In this document: positions 49,956 to 60,099 of the stretch, one piece after another
Numbering within the stretch: position 1 is the stretch's first letter
Layout: every line of letters begins with the position of its first letter
Source: a virus
DNA length: 64,000 nucleotides
IMG/VR virus record: IMGVR_UViG_3300021168_000355
Coordinates: 12,779 to 76,778 of that record
Direction: 5' to 3' (one strand)
Position numbers and translations under genes: made by a program
Notes under the pieces: model-generated
Seen by the model: only the letters and a program-made list of their open reading frames with translations
Database searches by the model: none
Told to the model about the DNA's origin: nothing

Positions 49956-50636
49956 ATGAATGAACAAGAAATAGTACGCACCGATGAACAATGGAGAACA
50001 TATATCCATGAAGCCTCTATAATGGAACTTGATGCCATCATAGAGAAAGGAAGAAGAATTTCGGAGTTCCATGATAATTATCGCCGAAGAAAAGCCAAGT
50101 ATGGAGGACAAGGTAAAACATGGGATGATGAATGTAATAGGGTTATTGGTATAAATGAAAAAATGTGTGGTCAATATGAAAATATTTACCAGGGTTTTCA
50201 CTCTAAATTACCTAGTGAATTACGGGATCAATTGCCTATTAATATTTATTCCTTAAACTTTATTGCCCGAACACATGAACTAAACCCAGATTTTTTATTA
50301 AAAGCTCCTGTAAAAAATTTTATTTCGCCTGATATGAAGGAAGAAACAGCTAAGGAACTTTACCAACAGGCTAAGGTATTTGTTGTCGAAAATGTTACGG
50401 AAATGGTTAAGGAGGAATGGACAAACGAGCAAATACAAAAGGAATTTCCTATTATAAAATCAGAGGAAATAGAGGAGATACGAAATCCTGTAGAGATAAT
50501 GACACCTTTTGATATTATTAGGAATGATATTGATGAACTGGAATTAAAGAAAGAGGTATTGGAAATAATGGTAAAATGGCATAAGGAATTCGGAGCAACC
50601 AAGATGATGGATGCAATAAAACGACTCCTTAAATAG
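49956..50636 (+). CDS. Hypothetical protein (DUF3102-like), AT-rich paralog A
   Basis: AIIEKG..I.EFHD...QYE.I...LP...Y.L..(I/L)AR shared with the next gene. Confidence 0.55.
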   Translation: MNEQEIVRTDEQWRTYIHEASIMELDAIIEKGRRISEFHDNYRRRKAKYGGQGKTWDDECNRVIGINEKMCGQYENIYQGFHSKLPSELRDQLPINIYSLNFIARTHELNPDFLLKAPVKNFISPDMKEETAKELYQQAKVFVVENVTEMVKEEWTNEQIQKEFPIIKSEEIEEIRNPVEIMTPFDIIRNDIDELELKKEVLEIMVKWHKEFGATKMMDAIKRLLK

Positions 50637-50644
50637 GAATTAGA

Positions 50645-50723
50645 TTTTAGTGCTACTAAAACAGGGATTTTAGTATACTAACATATAGCCATAATCCCTG
50701 TTTTGCATTTTAGTATACTAAAA
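50645..50723. promoter_or_regulatory. Triple operator array (TTTTAG-TGCT/TAT-ACTAA) with ACAGGGATT..AATCCCTGT arms
   Basis: Copies at 50645, 50668 and 50708 (perfect palindrome), just upstream of the -35 at 50731. Confidence 0.65.
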
Positions 50724-50764
50724 ACCTTGCTTGAACAGGGAGGTTTTTCACGCTATCGTACTAC

Positions 50765-51454
50765 ATGACCGACCTCATCCCCTATCCCGATAGATCGCCA
50801 GATGACTGGCGTAAAATATTCACGGAATTGCGGCATCGAAGGATCGCCCATGCTATCATCATGGGAGGCGAGATTCGCCAATTCCACGACACCTTCAACG
50901 GGAACCCCCAGCTGTGGGGGACGAACTGGAGAGCGGTGTGCCGAGAGATTATCGGCATGGACCACTCTGCTGCATCCCAATACGAAACGATCTGGCGAGT
51001 CCTTGGTGGCGATCTTGATCCTGTAGTCAGGAACGCACTGCCAGAACGTCCCTACACCTTATATCTTCTCGCGCGTGCGGTTGATACAGATCGCGAGCGA
51101 GTTGAAAAGGCGATCATTGAGGGCACCATCCACACTGCCATGAGTCAAAAGGAAGCGAAACACTTTCTTGACGAGACGCTGGACATTGAGGCAGAGGAAG
51201 AGGAAGTGCGAGAAGTTAAGGAAGTCAAGGAACCTTTAAAGGTTAAAGGTTATCTCGATCACCAGATCCGCAAGACAGTGGAAGTCGATATCGCCTTAAT
51301 GACACGATTATATGGTGAGGACTTTGTGAAGCTCCTTCGTATGAGGCGCGATCACGGCGAACTGTTTGGTGTGTTCCAGAAATGGGATTCCACTTTCGAG
51401 TCTAAAGACGTGACTGTCCTGCTCAAAATGCTCCTCCACGAGGATGAGCCATGA
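50765..51454 (+). CDS. Hypothetical protein (DUF3102-like), paralog B
   Basis: AIIMGG.I.QFHD...QYETIW...LPERPYTLYLLAR. Confidence 0.55.
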   Translation: MTDLIPYPDRSPDDWRKIFTELRHRRIAHAIIMGGEIRQFHDTFNGNPQLWGTNWRAVCREIIGMDHSAASQYETIWRVLGGDLDPVVRNALPERPYTLYLLARAVDTDRERVEKAIIEGTIHTAMSQKEAKHFLDETLDIEAEEEEVREVKEVKEPLKVKGYLDHQIRKTVEVDIALMTRLYGEDFVKLLRMRRDHGELFGVFQKWDSTFESKDVTVLLKMLLHEDEP

Positions 51455-51816
51455 ACGCTCATGGACAGCAAGGTCAATGGTGGGCTACATTGCCTTATGA
51501 CACGACACATTATCCCACTGTTGGAGCTTTGCGGGTTGATGATCGCGGTCATTATGAACAGGTGTATGGAAGAAGCGGAAGAAGCGGATTGAAATACAAT
51601 GGTTTGATAGAAGCCCTCCAACGTATGAAAGTGGTTATTATTGCCTTTGAGGACAGAAAGCCAGATGGAGTCTATAAGCGTCAGGTCAAGCAATATATTG
51701 GGATGTTTGAAGTCCTTAACTTCCAGATCGAATACTTTGGAATATTACGCCGAGTCGAGTTTGATGTGGGGGAATGTGTCGTCCCACTCCTTCGATTTGG
51801 AGATCAACACTGGTGA
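51451..51816 (+). CDS. Hypothetical protein
   Basis: ATGA overlap with the upstream gene. Confidence 0.55.
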   Translation: MNAHGQQGQWWATLPYDTTHYPTVGALRVDDRGHYEQVYGRSGRSGLKYNGLIEALQRMKVVIIAFEDRKPDGVYKRQVKQYIGMFEVLNFQIEYFGILRRVEFDVGECVVPLLRFGDQHW

Positions 51817-51837
51817 TATAACGCCATAAAAAAGTTC

Positions 51838-51866
51838 TTGACAAGGAGTAACTTTTCGCACATAAT
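51838..51866 (+). promoter_or_regulatory. sigma70-type promoter
   Basis: TTGACA-N17-CATAAT. Confidence 0.7.
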
Positions 51867-51897
51867 GATGGATCGTCACGTAAATCCTCTATAGGTA

Positions 51898-52497
51898 GTG
51901 GCGACTGTCAAGGAGGAATGTATGGCGTACAAGTTGCCGGAATGGATCGAGTTTGCCAAGCAACTCGACCGCTTCACCATCATCGAGATACCTGTCACAG
52001 CAACTGCCTTGAAAAAGGCAGTTCCGGGCAGCAAGGGCTATTGCACTATAGCCAATGCTACTTCGGAATATACTGGTATGGACGCAAGTCTGTATCAGAT
52101 CGAGGTCGATGCCCAGTATATCAAGTTCGTGATCGATGGGTGGCGCTACTTCCTTATCATGGAGGTTGTCGGTCAGGAGCATATCAAAAAGTTGGATACC
52201 CTGGCTTTTCACGAAAATGGCCAAGTCAACTTGGAAGATTTCGAGCCTTTTGACCTCAAAGTTAAGCTCCACGACAAGAAGGAAGTTCATCTTCGCCCTG
52301 CAACAGCGCGCCCGAAGATTGTAGTTTCGGCGCAATCCCCGAGCGAGAATGGGGGCGTTCAGGTGCAAACGCCTAAGAATAATAAGAAGAATAAGGATAA
52401 GCAGGAGGAAGCGATTCCGTCGGCTCCTGTGATTGCTGCCGTTCGTCGCCAGCGTTCGGATGCAGGCCAGCAGAAGAAATCCCGCTGGTCCATCTAA
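51898..52497 (+). CDS. Hypothetical protein (probable start MAYKL)
   Basis: AAGGAGG RBS; own promoter and terminator. Confidence 0.6.
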   Translation: MATVKEECMAYKLPEWIEFAKQLDRFTIIEIPVTATALKKAVPGSKGYCTIANATSEYTGMDASLYQIEVDAQYIKFVIDGWRYFLIMEVVGQEHIKKLDTLAFHENGQVNLEDFEPFDLKVKLHDKKEVHLRPATARPKIVVSAQSPSENGGVQVQTPKNNKKNKDKQEEAIPSAPVIAAVRRQRSDAGQQKKSRWSI

Positions 52498-52512
52498 TGT
52501 AGCGTACCCTTA

Positions 52513-52545
52513 GGGGCGTGCCTCAAGGGGCACGCCCCTTTTTTA
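52513..52545 (+). terminator. Rho-independent terminator
   Basis: GGGGCGTGCC...GGCACGCCCC followed by a T run. Confidence 0.8.
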
Positions 52546-52562
52546 TTCAGAAAGACAGTCCA

Positions 52563-53270
52563 ATGGAAAATGCCACAATACTACCTTTCGAGCCTAAGCC
52601 TGAGCGTAGCAAGTTACAATGCACCTCTTGCTTGGCGACAACTGATGCTCCCTGTGAATGTGGTGCACCTTTTAGGATTCTAAAGCCGCGAGAACGAGCT
52701 AGAGTTGTTTTGGAACAAAATCCAAATCTCTCAAATAGGGCTGCTGCGGAATTGGCACAAACCAGTGCTACAACGGTACGTCAAGTGCGCGAAAACGCGC
52801 AGTTGGTGGGAGAAGAAAGAATAGGTTTAAATGGTAAACGCTATCCTGAACCAATATGGAATGACGAAAGAGACGCCGAAATGGAACGATTGTTAAGGGA
52901 GGGATACTCCTACGCTGATGTAGGCGTACAAATGGGTACCACTGCTGGTGCAATATCTGGACGGTGGGCCCGTATTCAGGACAAAAAACTACGTCCAGTT
53001 GCTAGGGGATTACCTGAAATAATGCCTGATGATGTTTTAGCCCAGGCAGACGAATATTTCAGGAGAATTAATATCCCTATGCATGACCTCGAGTCCTTGA
53101 CAATGTACGCCGATCAAATGCATGAGGATGCGAAACACGCTATCGCCGAATATTTAAAGATTATCGGTGACCTCAGCAAAAGCGGCATCAAGCGACTTAT
53201 AGGTGATCCACGAGACATTAAACCACCTCAGTGTGGTGTCCGCATTCGCATTCGTAAGGACGAAGAATAA
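52563..53270 (+). CDS. HTH protein with zinc ribbon and GcrA-like N-domain motif
   Basis: CxxC...CxC; NPNLSNRA.A...TS.TTV HTH; WNDERDAEM..L..EG.S...VG..MG.T.GAI.GRW.R. Confidence 0.65.
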   Translation: MENATILPFEPKPERSKLQCTSCLATTDAPCECGAPFRILKPRERARVVLEQNPNLSNRAAAELAQTSATTVRQVRENAQLVGEERIGLNGKRYPEPIWNDERDAEMERLLREGYSYADVGVQMGTTAGAISGRWARIQDKKLRPVARGLPEIMPDDVLAQADEYFRRINIPMHDLESLTMYADQMHEDAKHAIAEYLKIIGDLSKSGIKRLIGDPRDIKPPQCGVRIRIRKDEE

Positions 53271-53277
53271 TCTAGGT

Positions 53278-53314
53278 CCCAGAGTTATTACGCCTACATA
53301 ACTCTGGGTCTTTT
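53278..53314 (+). terminator. Rho-independent terminator
   Basis: CCCAGAGTTAT...ATAACTCTGGG followed by TCTTTT. Confidence 0.7.
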
Positions 53315-53315
53315 C

Positions 53316-54342
53316 ATGGAGAGACATATGAACAGGATGAAACGTGCGGCGATGGTACGTCAAATGGCCTCTCACGAATATGATGAGGAATACGCAGCCA
53401 TATTAGAAAAAATCCATATCTATGAGGAACACCTGCACGCCTTGAGCGATGCCGAGTTTAATAAGGCAATAGTCGCTTACGCCGAAAAACTTATCGAGGA
53501 AACAAAGAATGGCTGAGGGAGCAGGGAAATATGACGACGAGGCGACGATGGTTAGATTATCTACCAAAGCTGTAGGAGTTATGGTGATCGTATTTGGCGG
53601 TGATCGTGGTCATGGCTTTTCTATGCAATCTGATAACCCTAAATTCCTAAAAGCGGTTCCTGATATACTACGATCAATGGCAGACCAAATTGAACAGGAC
53701 ATGAAAAATATGTCTTGAACTGGAAGTATTTTTGTGTTATCGTATCCGTATCGTTTAACTCTGACCTGTGAGAACCAACATGCCCACCAAGGAAGAAAAC
53801 GAGGAACTGGATCGCCAGTACGACCTCGCCAACCCCGAGTTCGATCGGGAGGAACTCAAGAAGGACATTAAGACCTGGGAGGAAGAAGATGCTCCCCCAG
53901 CTGAACGATGGCGCGCCTGTGTGGGCGACTACGACCTCGATGCGACAGTTGGCACTGGGGAATGTGCCGAGGATGCTATCGAAGACCTGCTCGACCAATT
54001 GAAAGACGAGTGGGACAACAGCCCCGACAATCCAATGGCTCGCCTTCGCGTCCTTTCGGAAAAGGATGATTGATCGTGGCTAATGACCTTATCGAGCGGA
54101 TAGACGCAGATCGAACCAATTTGCTATCAATCCTAATTCAAGAAATGGCACACCGACATTCCCACATGAATGGCAATGAGGATGTCCTCCACGATATCCT
54201 CTACTATGACGATGCCATTCGGTCTGAGGTCCGATCCCTATATGAGGCGATCTACCACACGGATCCCGATGATGATGCCATGAGCGACATGATTGGTGAC
54301 CTCGTTGACGCCATCATAGCAAGGCGTCCCAAGCATGGCTAA
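53316..54342 (+). CDS. Small hypothetical genes (53316-53516, 53509-53718, 53780-54073, 54070-54342)
   Basis: Coupled ORFs; promoter TTGAAC-N17-TATCGT at 53715-53743. Confidence 0.55.
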
Positions 54343-54631
54343 GAAAGACACCTACTCCATTCATTATCAGAGGCAAAAGCTTCTGGATCAATTTCGTGGT
54401 GACCGTATATTCGGTGACGAATATGCCGTCATCAAATACGACCAGCTGGGGGTTGAGGGCGGTATCTACCATGTCGTCTGCTCAACGTTGGGGGACATGT
54501 GCGATTGTCCTGCAGGACAGCGAGAAACCTGTCGCCATCGTGAAATGGTCTATATCTTCAAAGACGCTGGCATGATGGACAAGGAGACTGCTCGGTATAA
54601 CTATGATGCCAAACAATGGACAAGCCAATGA
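54335..54631 (+). CDS. SWIM zinc-finger protein
   Basis: Y.V......CDCP.....CRH. Confidence 0.7.
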   Translation: MAKKDTYSIHYQRQKLLDQFRGDRIFGDEYAVIKYDQLGVEGGIYHVVCSTLGDMCDCPAGQRETCRHREMVYIFKDAGMMDKETARYNYDAKQWTSQ

Positions 54632-55053
54632 GCAACATTTATACCTTTGTCGGGGATAATGGGGTAACTACGCATATCAACTCAGAGGGATTGAGGCTGT
54701 GGTGTGTGGCTAACAAACCCGAAATATTCCTAATGCCAATGAACGATGCTGTGGCGAAGCAAATGATACCAGATAACGTGGTATCAATTGAGCGAGTCCG
54801 GCAACTAAGCATCCGTAAAGACTTAGCCCCAATCATCATGGTTAAGGACGGGACGATCGGAAAGAATGGCCATCCTAACGCAATGATGGTTGATGGTCAT
54901 CACCGCTACTTTCTAGCCTTCCTGAGACAGCAAGCCTTTATCGAGGGGCATTTCTTAGAGGAATCCCAATGGAGACCTTTCCAGATCCATTGGTTGCGTG
55001 GTATGAGTAAGGATGAGTTAAGGCGTAGACCAGTTACCAAAAGGGACTACTAA
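54616..55053 (+). CDS. ParB/Srx N-terminal-like protein
   Basis: PIIMV.......MMVDGHHRY. Confidence 0.6.
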   Translation: MDKPMSNIYTFVGDNGVTTHINSEGLRLWCVANKPEIFLMPMNDAVAKQMIPDNVVSIERVRQLSIRKDLAPIIMVKDGTIGKNGHPNAMMVDGHHRYFLAFLRQQAFIEGHFLEESQWRPFQIHWLRGMSKDELRRRPVTKRDY

Positions 55054-55055
55054 CC

Positions 55056-55340
55056 ATGAATGCTGAACGCCGTAAGGAAATTGATAAGGCCATTAAAATC
55101 CTTGACCAAGCAAAGGCTGACGTTGATACTGCGGTAGAGAAGGCTACCGAAAAGCTGGAAGAAGCAAAAGGCATAATCGAGAGTGCCAAAGAGGGTGAGG
55201 AGGAGTCACTGGAGGCTCTGCCTGAGAATATGCAGTCAGGCGAAAAGGGTGAAAAGATGCAGTCCGCTATTGATGCGTTGGATGAAGCTGCCAACGATAT
55301 CGATGAGGCTATTGGTAATCTAGAAACAGCTAAGGAATAA
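55056..55340 (+). CDS. Acidic coiled-coil phage protein
   Basis: MNAERRK...LPENMQ.GEKG..M..AI..L motif. Confidence 0.65.
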   Translation: MNAERRKEIDKAIKILDQAKADVDTAVEKATEKLEEAKGIIESAKEGEEESLEALPENMQSGEKGEKMQSAIDALDEAANDIDEAIGNLETAKE

Positions 55341-55362
55341 CCACAACGCTGAGGGGCATCCT

Positions 55363-56701
55363 ATGGACAAGGATCAGGTAAAACAACATATTTTACATGT
55401 CCTACATATCCTCATTGGTCTTGCTGACCGATTTGATTTAAAGGATATATCTATGGAATTAACATCCTGTACGGAGCGTATTCAACCCGAACTCCTTATC
55501 GCCCGAGTTATGAGAGCGGAAATAATCCATTATCACACACAAGAGGGAGGTGAATAAACTCTTGTAGTGGAAGAAAATTTGCGCTATACTCTGAATTGTA
55601 ACCACGAAAGGAGTATAGTATGGTAGGACATAACCCTAACCATGACGAGGATCCAATAACCCAAGCCATGGTTAGGGTAATGAAGGATTTGAAAGAGGAT
55701 CATCCTCTTGTCCAAGCAATAATATCCAACTACGCCGAACTCTGCCGATTGGTCACACTTGACCCTGACGCGGATCCCCATGACGAGATAGGGCGATATG
55801 AATATGTCCTGTCTCGTTGGAAACCTAACTGAGGAGATATCAATGGCTACCTATACTGAAATCAAACCCGACGTTCCAGAGGGCGTGACCTTTCATTCCG
55901 GTGGAACGGCAGACGTGTTTAAACGATCCACTCTATCCGGCAAATTCCATGTTGCCCAAATGCCTATTTCCAAAGAGCAATGGGATGCATGGAAGGTGTC
56001 GGGTCGATTGATCCAAGATGCGCTCCCCTATCTATCGAAGGAGGAGCGTGAGTTCCTGATGACGGGTTCGACTCCCACTGAATGGGATGCGATGTTCAAG
56101 GAGGACGAGTAATGTTTTTCGTCCTATCCGTTCCTTTCTGGTTATTCGTACTCTTATGGATTTTTGGTGGTCCAGGGCGTAAACGAGCTAGACAACAGGC
56201 TGCTCATCTGCAGGAATTGCAGACTGTGGCAGCAATGACAGAGGCTATGAAAGAGGAGTATTGGGCTCGGAAACGTTTCGAGGCCCAAGCTGCTGAACGA
56301 GCCTTAATTTCTAATGGCAAAGCTGCCAGTAGGATGGCGTGGGCTTTCTTCCTCATCATGGCTGCGGTTATAGTCATTGGAATCATGACTGGAGGAAACC
56401 AATGAACTGGATTAAGATGAAACCCTGTGATCTGGGATTCTTGCCGGAATTGTTGAGCGAGTATGACCTGCGGCCTGCCGCCAGTCAACTCGCCGACAAC
56501 TATCGACATGGGGGAGGATGGAATCCCCAAAAGGGATTTGTGTTCGGAAAGGAGAACTACTCCTTAAAATATCCCGGTGATCCTGTCATGTATCCATTGG
56601 CACGGTCCATGCTTCGGGATGAACTGCTCCTGTTCTATCCCTATGCGTACCTCTGTATCGTTCAACCCGATCAAACCTTCGAGGTCGCTCGGGTCGATTG
56701 A
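55363..56701 (+). CDS. Small hypothetical genes (55363-55557, 55620-55832, 55843-56112, 56112-56405 membrane, 56402-56701)
   Basis: RBSs and overlaps; promoter TTGTAG-N17-TATACT at 55562-55590. Confidence 0.55.
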
Positions 56702-56770
56702 CCAAACAAACTTACGGTATCCACTCATTTTGTTCTTGAGTGGATATCTTTTTTGCGCTAGTGTACTCAT

Positions 56771-57490
56771 ATGAAGCGCGCCGATGTGGTCGCGCCAACT
56801 TGTGAGTATCTTCCAATGTCCGCCCCGTTTGATCCAAACTCCATCAACGTCCCCCAGGTGGCCCAGACGTTGCGCGATAATCTCGCCAACCTCGTTGTCC
56901 GCGACCAATCGTTCGCCTCATCTTTGCTGGGGCAACTGGATCGTAAGGGACTGAGCAATTCCCAACTTTACTGGCTCAACAAGCTTTCGGAGAAAGCTGT
57001 TGGCGCTCCTGAGCAGGAGCGAGAAAAGACGAAGGTCGGTGACCTTAAAGGCATCATGTCCTTGTTCGACAAGGCGAAGGAACACCTTAAGTTCCCCGCC
57101 ATCGTCCTCGCAGTCAAACAGCCCGATGATTTTGGCGTTACGGGCGTCTATAACGAGTATCGCCTGAGCGTTGCAGGCGATCGGGCTCGCATTCCTGGTT
57201 CAATCAACGTGACGGGATATAGCGTAGCGACAGGGGCTGATAAAGCCTGGTTTGGTCGCATTCTCGCTACAGGCGAGTTCGAGGCGTCGCCGCGTGAAGA
57301 AACGCCGAAAAATCTGATCCCCGGCCTCGCTCGTTTCGCCGCTGATCCCGTGAACGTCGCCAAAGAGTCGGGGATGCTCACTGGGAAGTGCTGCTTCTGC
57401 AACATCGGTCTCAAGGACGAGCGGTCAACGGCCGTGGGTTATGGCCCGATCTGCGCCAAGCATTACGATCTGCCATGGGGGAAGGCATGA
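56771..57490 (+). CDS. DUF6011-like zinc-finger protein
   Basis: C-terminal CCFC...L.DERS...GYGPICA. Confidence 0.75.
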   Translation: MKRADVVAPTCEYLPMSAPFDPNSINVPQVAQTLRDNLANLVVRDQSFASSLLGQLDRKGLSNSQLYWLNKLSEKAVGAPEQEREKTKVGDLKGIMSLFDKAKEHLKFPAIVLAVKQPDDFGVTGVYNEYRLSVAGDRARIPGSINVTGYSVATGADKAWFGRILATGEFEASPREETPKNLIPGLARFAADPVNVAKESGMLTGKCCFCNIGLKDERSTAVGYGPICAKHYDLPWGKA

Positions 57491-58924
57491 CCTACCCCAA
57501 CTACGAGCCCAATTTTGGCTTCTATGACCTCGACATAGAGGATGAAATGGAGTTCTTTTGCCATGTCAAAGCGAACTCCGTTCCTAAAAAGTGCGTGCGA
57601 TGCAAGGAGAAGGTTCGCCTTCTCCCCGATCGTGAAATGTGTAGCCGATGCGCCGAGGCGCTGGAATTTGCAGGAGAGTAGAATGCGCTATGTGGAACAG
57701 AATCCGAAGGCAACGGTCCAAACTTGCCATGAACAAGAGCCTGGTCATTGGGTGACCGAGGCTGCTGAACTCGGTCTCCCTGTTGGTCGCTTTCCAGTCA
57801 AGATCGCGACTGATCTGGGCGATAACTCTGATTTCTTTTTCTCGGGGTACGACATGAACGGCGAGGAGATTGCTGGCGCTCGATACGTGCAGGGCAACAG
57901 CAAGAAACCCACCGCTCGCCTCCTAGTTATCAACGACTAGGAGGTCGCCATGACTGGATGGAACCTACCCCCAGGTGTGACGAACAAGATGATCGATGAC
58001 CACTTTGGTGGCGGTGAGGAGGAAGAAATGGGTATCTTGGAGGAGAAGGCACAGGAAGACCTCGAGAAGGTCAAAGGGCTAGGGTTGACCTGGCGCCAGT
58101 TACGTGAGATAGCCAATCAAATCGGCGAGGAGTATCTGGATACCAAAATCCTGATGGTTATTCGGCAGCATGACGAGGACGAGATATCGTCCGAAATCTA
58201 TATGCTCACCGAAGCGGATCTGGTTGCAGGATTGGTCGGCATGTACTTTGCCGAGGATCCAGGACGCGGTGGCTATCCCCTGAGAGACGTTATGGACGAC
58301 AACGGTAACGTTCATTCCGTTATCGTGTCTGATCCACTGCTGGGGGATTAGGATGGCTGTTATCGAACATAACCTCGACCATGTCGGGGTCCTTGAATTG
58401 ATAAGTGGCTATAGGAAATTGGTGAGGGCGTGTCCTCCTGGACAACGCCCTCGACCTGTTCAAGATGCCATCGACACGATTGCTGCCGAACTATCGGGAA
58501 GGAATTATATCCTGTGTGACTGTGAAAGCGGCAATCGTCGTGGTGAATCCTATGATGATCACCACAATTTCATCTTCTGGGCTTGTGACAAATGCAGCCA
58601 CGACAAGTGGCAAAAGTGGATAGAAGGAAAGCTATGAATCCACTCACAGGTAATCGGTTAGCCATCCAAGAATCCCTTCTACAGGGATTTATTTGGATGG
58701 CTATGAGCAACGGACGGTGGTGGAGACTCCATAAGAATGGTCCCACCACCTGGTATAAAAATTCTCCAGAATTCTCCATCCCTGTCATCGCTGGGGCGCG
58801 TTCACGGACTAGGTTAACCCATCTAAGCAAAATCCTTTATGTTGAGGATAAATATGCTTATACCGCACCGTTTCTATGGTGTGAGGAGAATCCTCTCATT
58901 TGGGTTGGAAAAGCGAGACCTTAA
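57487..58924 (+). CDS. Small hypothetical genes (57487-57681, 57683-57940, 57950-58351, 58353-58637, 58634-58924)
   Basis: Coupled ORFs, several with CxxC motifs. Confidence 0.55.
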
Positions 58925-58932
58925 CAAAGTGC

Positions 58933-58961
58933 TTGACTGGAATTATTTTTTGCGCTATTCT
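58933..58961 (+). promoter_or_regulatory. sigma70-type promoter
   Basis: TTGACT-N17-TATTCT. Confidence 0.65.
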
Positions 58962-58999
58962 ACTTCCATGCTCAAACGAGCCCCAACAGGAGATCCACA

Positions 59000-59887
59000 A
59001 TGACTGCCCACGCCCACTTCAACAACGGTCGAATCCTCAGCGAAGAGGAATTATTTAAGTTCGCGCCATCTATTTTCGGCGACACGGCGAGTCCTGAGCG
59101 ATCGGATAAGTTCAAAGCAATTCCCACCATCGAGGTTCTACGGGGACTATCGAAGGAGGGTTTTCATCCCGTCTCTGTTCAGGAGCAGGGCGTCCGTGCT
59201 GCGAACCCCCAGCGTCGTCCCTGGACGAAGCATATGCTCCGACTTCGCCGCTTCGATGATCAGGTCGAACGTCTCAAGGTCGGTGACACGATTGCTGAGG
59301 TCATCCTCAAGAACGCCAACGACGGTACAAGCGCCTACGCATTAATGGCGGGTCTATTCCGAATTGCGTGCTTGAACGGAATGGTCGCCAATACAGCAGA
59401 CCTGGGGGAACTGAAAGTTCGCCACACTCTCAATGACCCCAACCCACGTGCAATCGTTGAGAAGGTGATCGAGGGATCGTATCGGATTGTTCGGCACGCC
59501 GATGACGTTCTTGAGGCGCCGCGTCTGTGGTCGCAGCGGAAGCTTTCGTCGTCTGAGGCCTATTCTCTCGCCGCGCAAGCCCATCACCTGACGTTCACCG
59601 ACCCGGACGGCATAGCTCGGACCCCCATCAAGGTCGAGCAACTCCTGACCCGTCGGCGTCAAGTCGATGCTGGGACGGATCTGTGGACGACATTCAACGT
59701 CATCCAAGAGAACGTCCTGAAGGGCGGGCTCGAGGCTGAAAGTGTCACCCACAGCGAGCGTTGGGGCACGGTTCGCACTCGCACCAGAACTCATGCGATC
59801 GGGGCAATCGACCGCTCCACCAAGCTGAACAAGGACCTGTTCACTTTGGCTCGGGATGTGTTCAATCGGCTGGAGATGGCGGCGTGA
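59000..59887 (+). CDS. DUF932/DUF945 protein
   Basis: APSIF...RSDKF..IPT..VL..L..EGF.P; KHMLRLR; NANDGTSAY.L.AGLFR.ACLNG; DLWTTFNVIQEN. Confidence 0.88.
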   Translation: MTAHAHFNNGRILSEEELFKFAPSIFGDTASPERSDKFKAIPTIEVLRGLSKEGFHPVSVQEQGVRAANPQRRPWTKHMLRLRRFDDQVERLKVGDTIAEVILKNANDGTSAYALMAGLFRIACLNGMVANTADLGELKVRHTLNDPNPRAIVEKVIEGSYRIVRHADDVLEAPRLWSQRKLSSSEAYSLAAQAHHLTFTDPDGIARTPIKVEQLLTRRRQVDAGTDLWTTFNVIQENVLKGGLEAESVTHSERWGTVRTRTRTHAIGAIDRSTKLNKDLFTLARDVFNRLEMAA

Positions 59888-60099
59888 TCATTCGTAAGAA
59901 CCCAGTTGACCATTGTTTCCTCGTATCAATGGAACGACGCGCACGTTGCGTTGGTGAGTGTGGAAGGTGGCTTGTACCTGGCGAATTGGCATGGTCTTAT
60001 ATGGCAGCGCCAGTTGACGGGAACTACGTCGAATGCGGCCAGTGCCGCTATGGAGAGGAACCAGAGGTCGAACCAAAACCACAGATCGCGACAACGTAA
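59884..60099 (+). CDS. Small zinc-ribbon protein
   Basis: GTGA overlap with DUF932 stop; C..EC...C..C. Confidence 0.5.
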   Translation: MIIRKNPVDHCFLVSMERRARCVGECGRWLVPGELAWSYMAAPVDGNYVECGQCRYGEEPEVEPKPQIATT

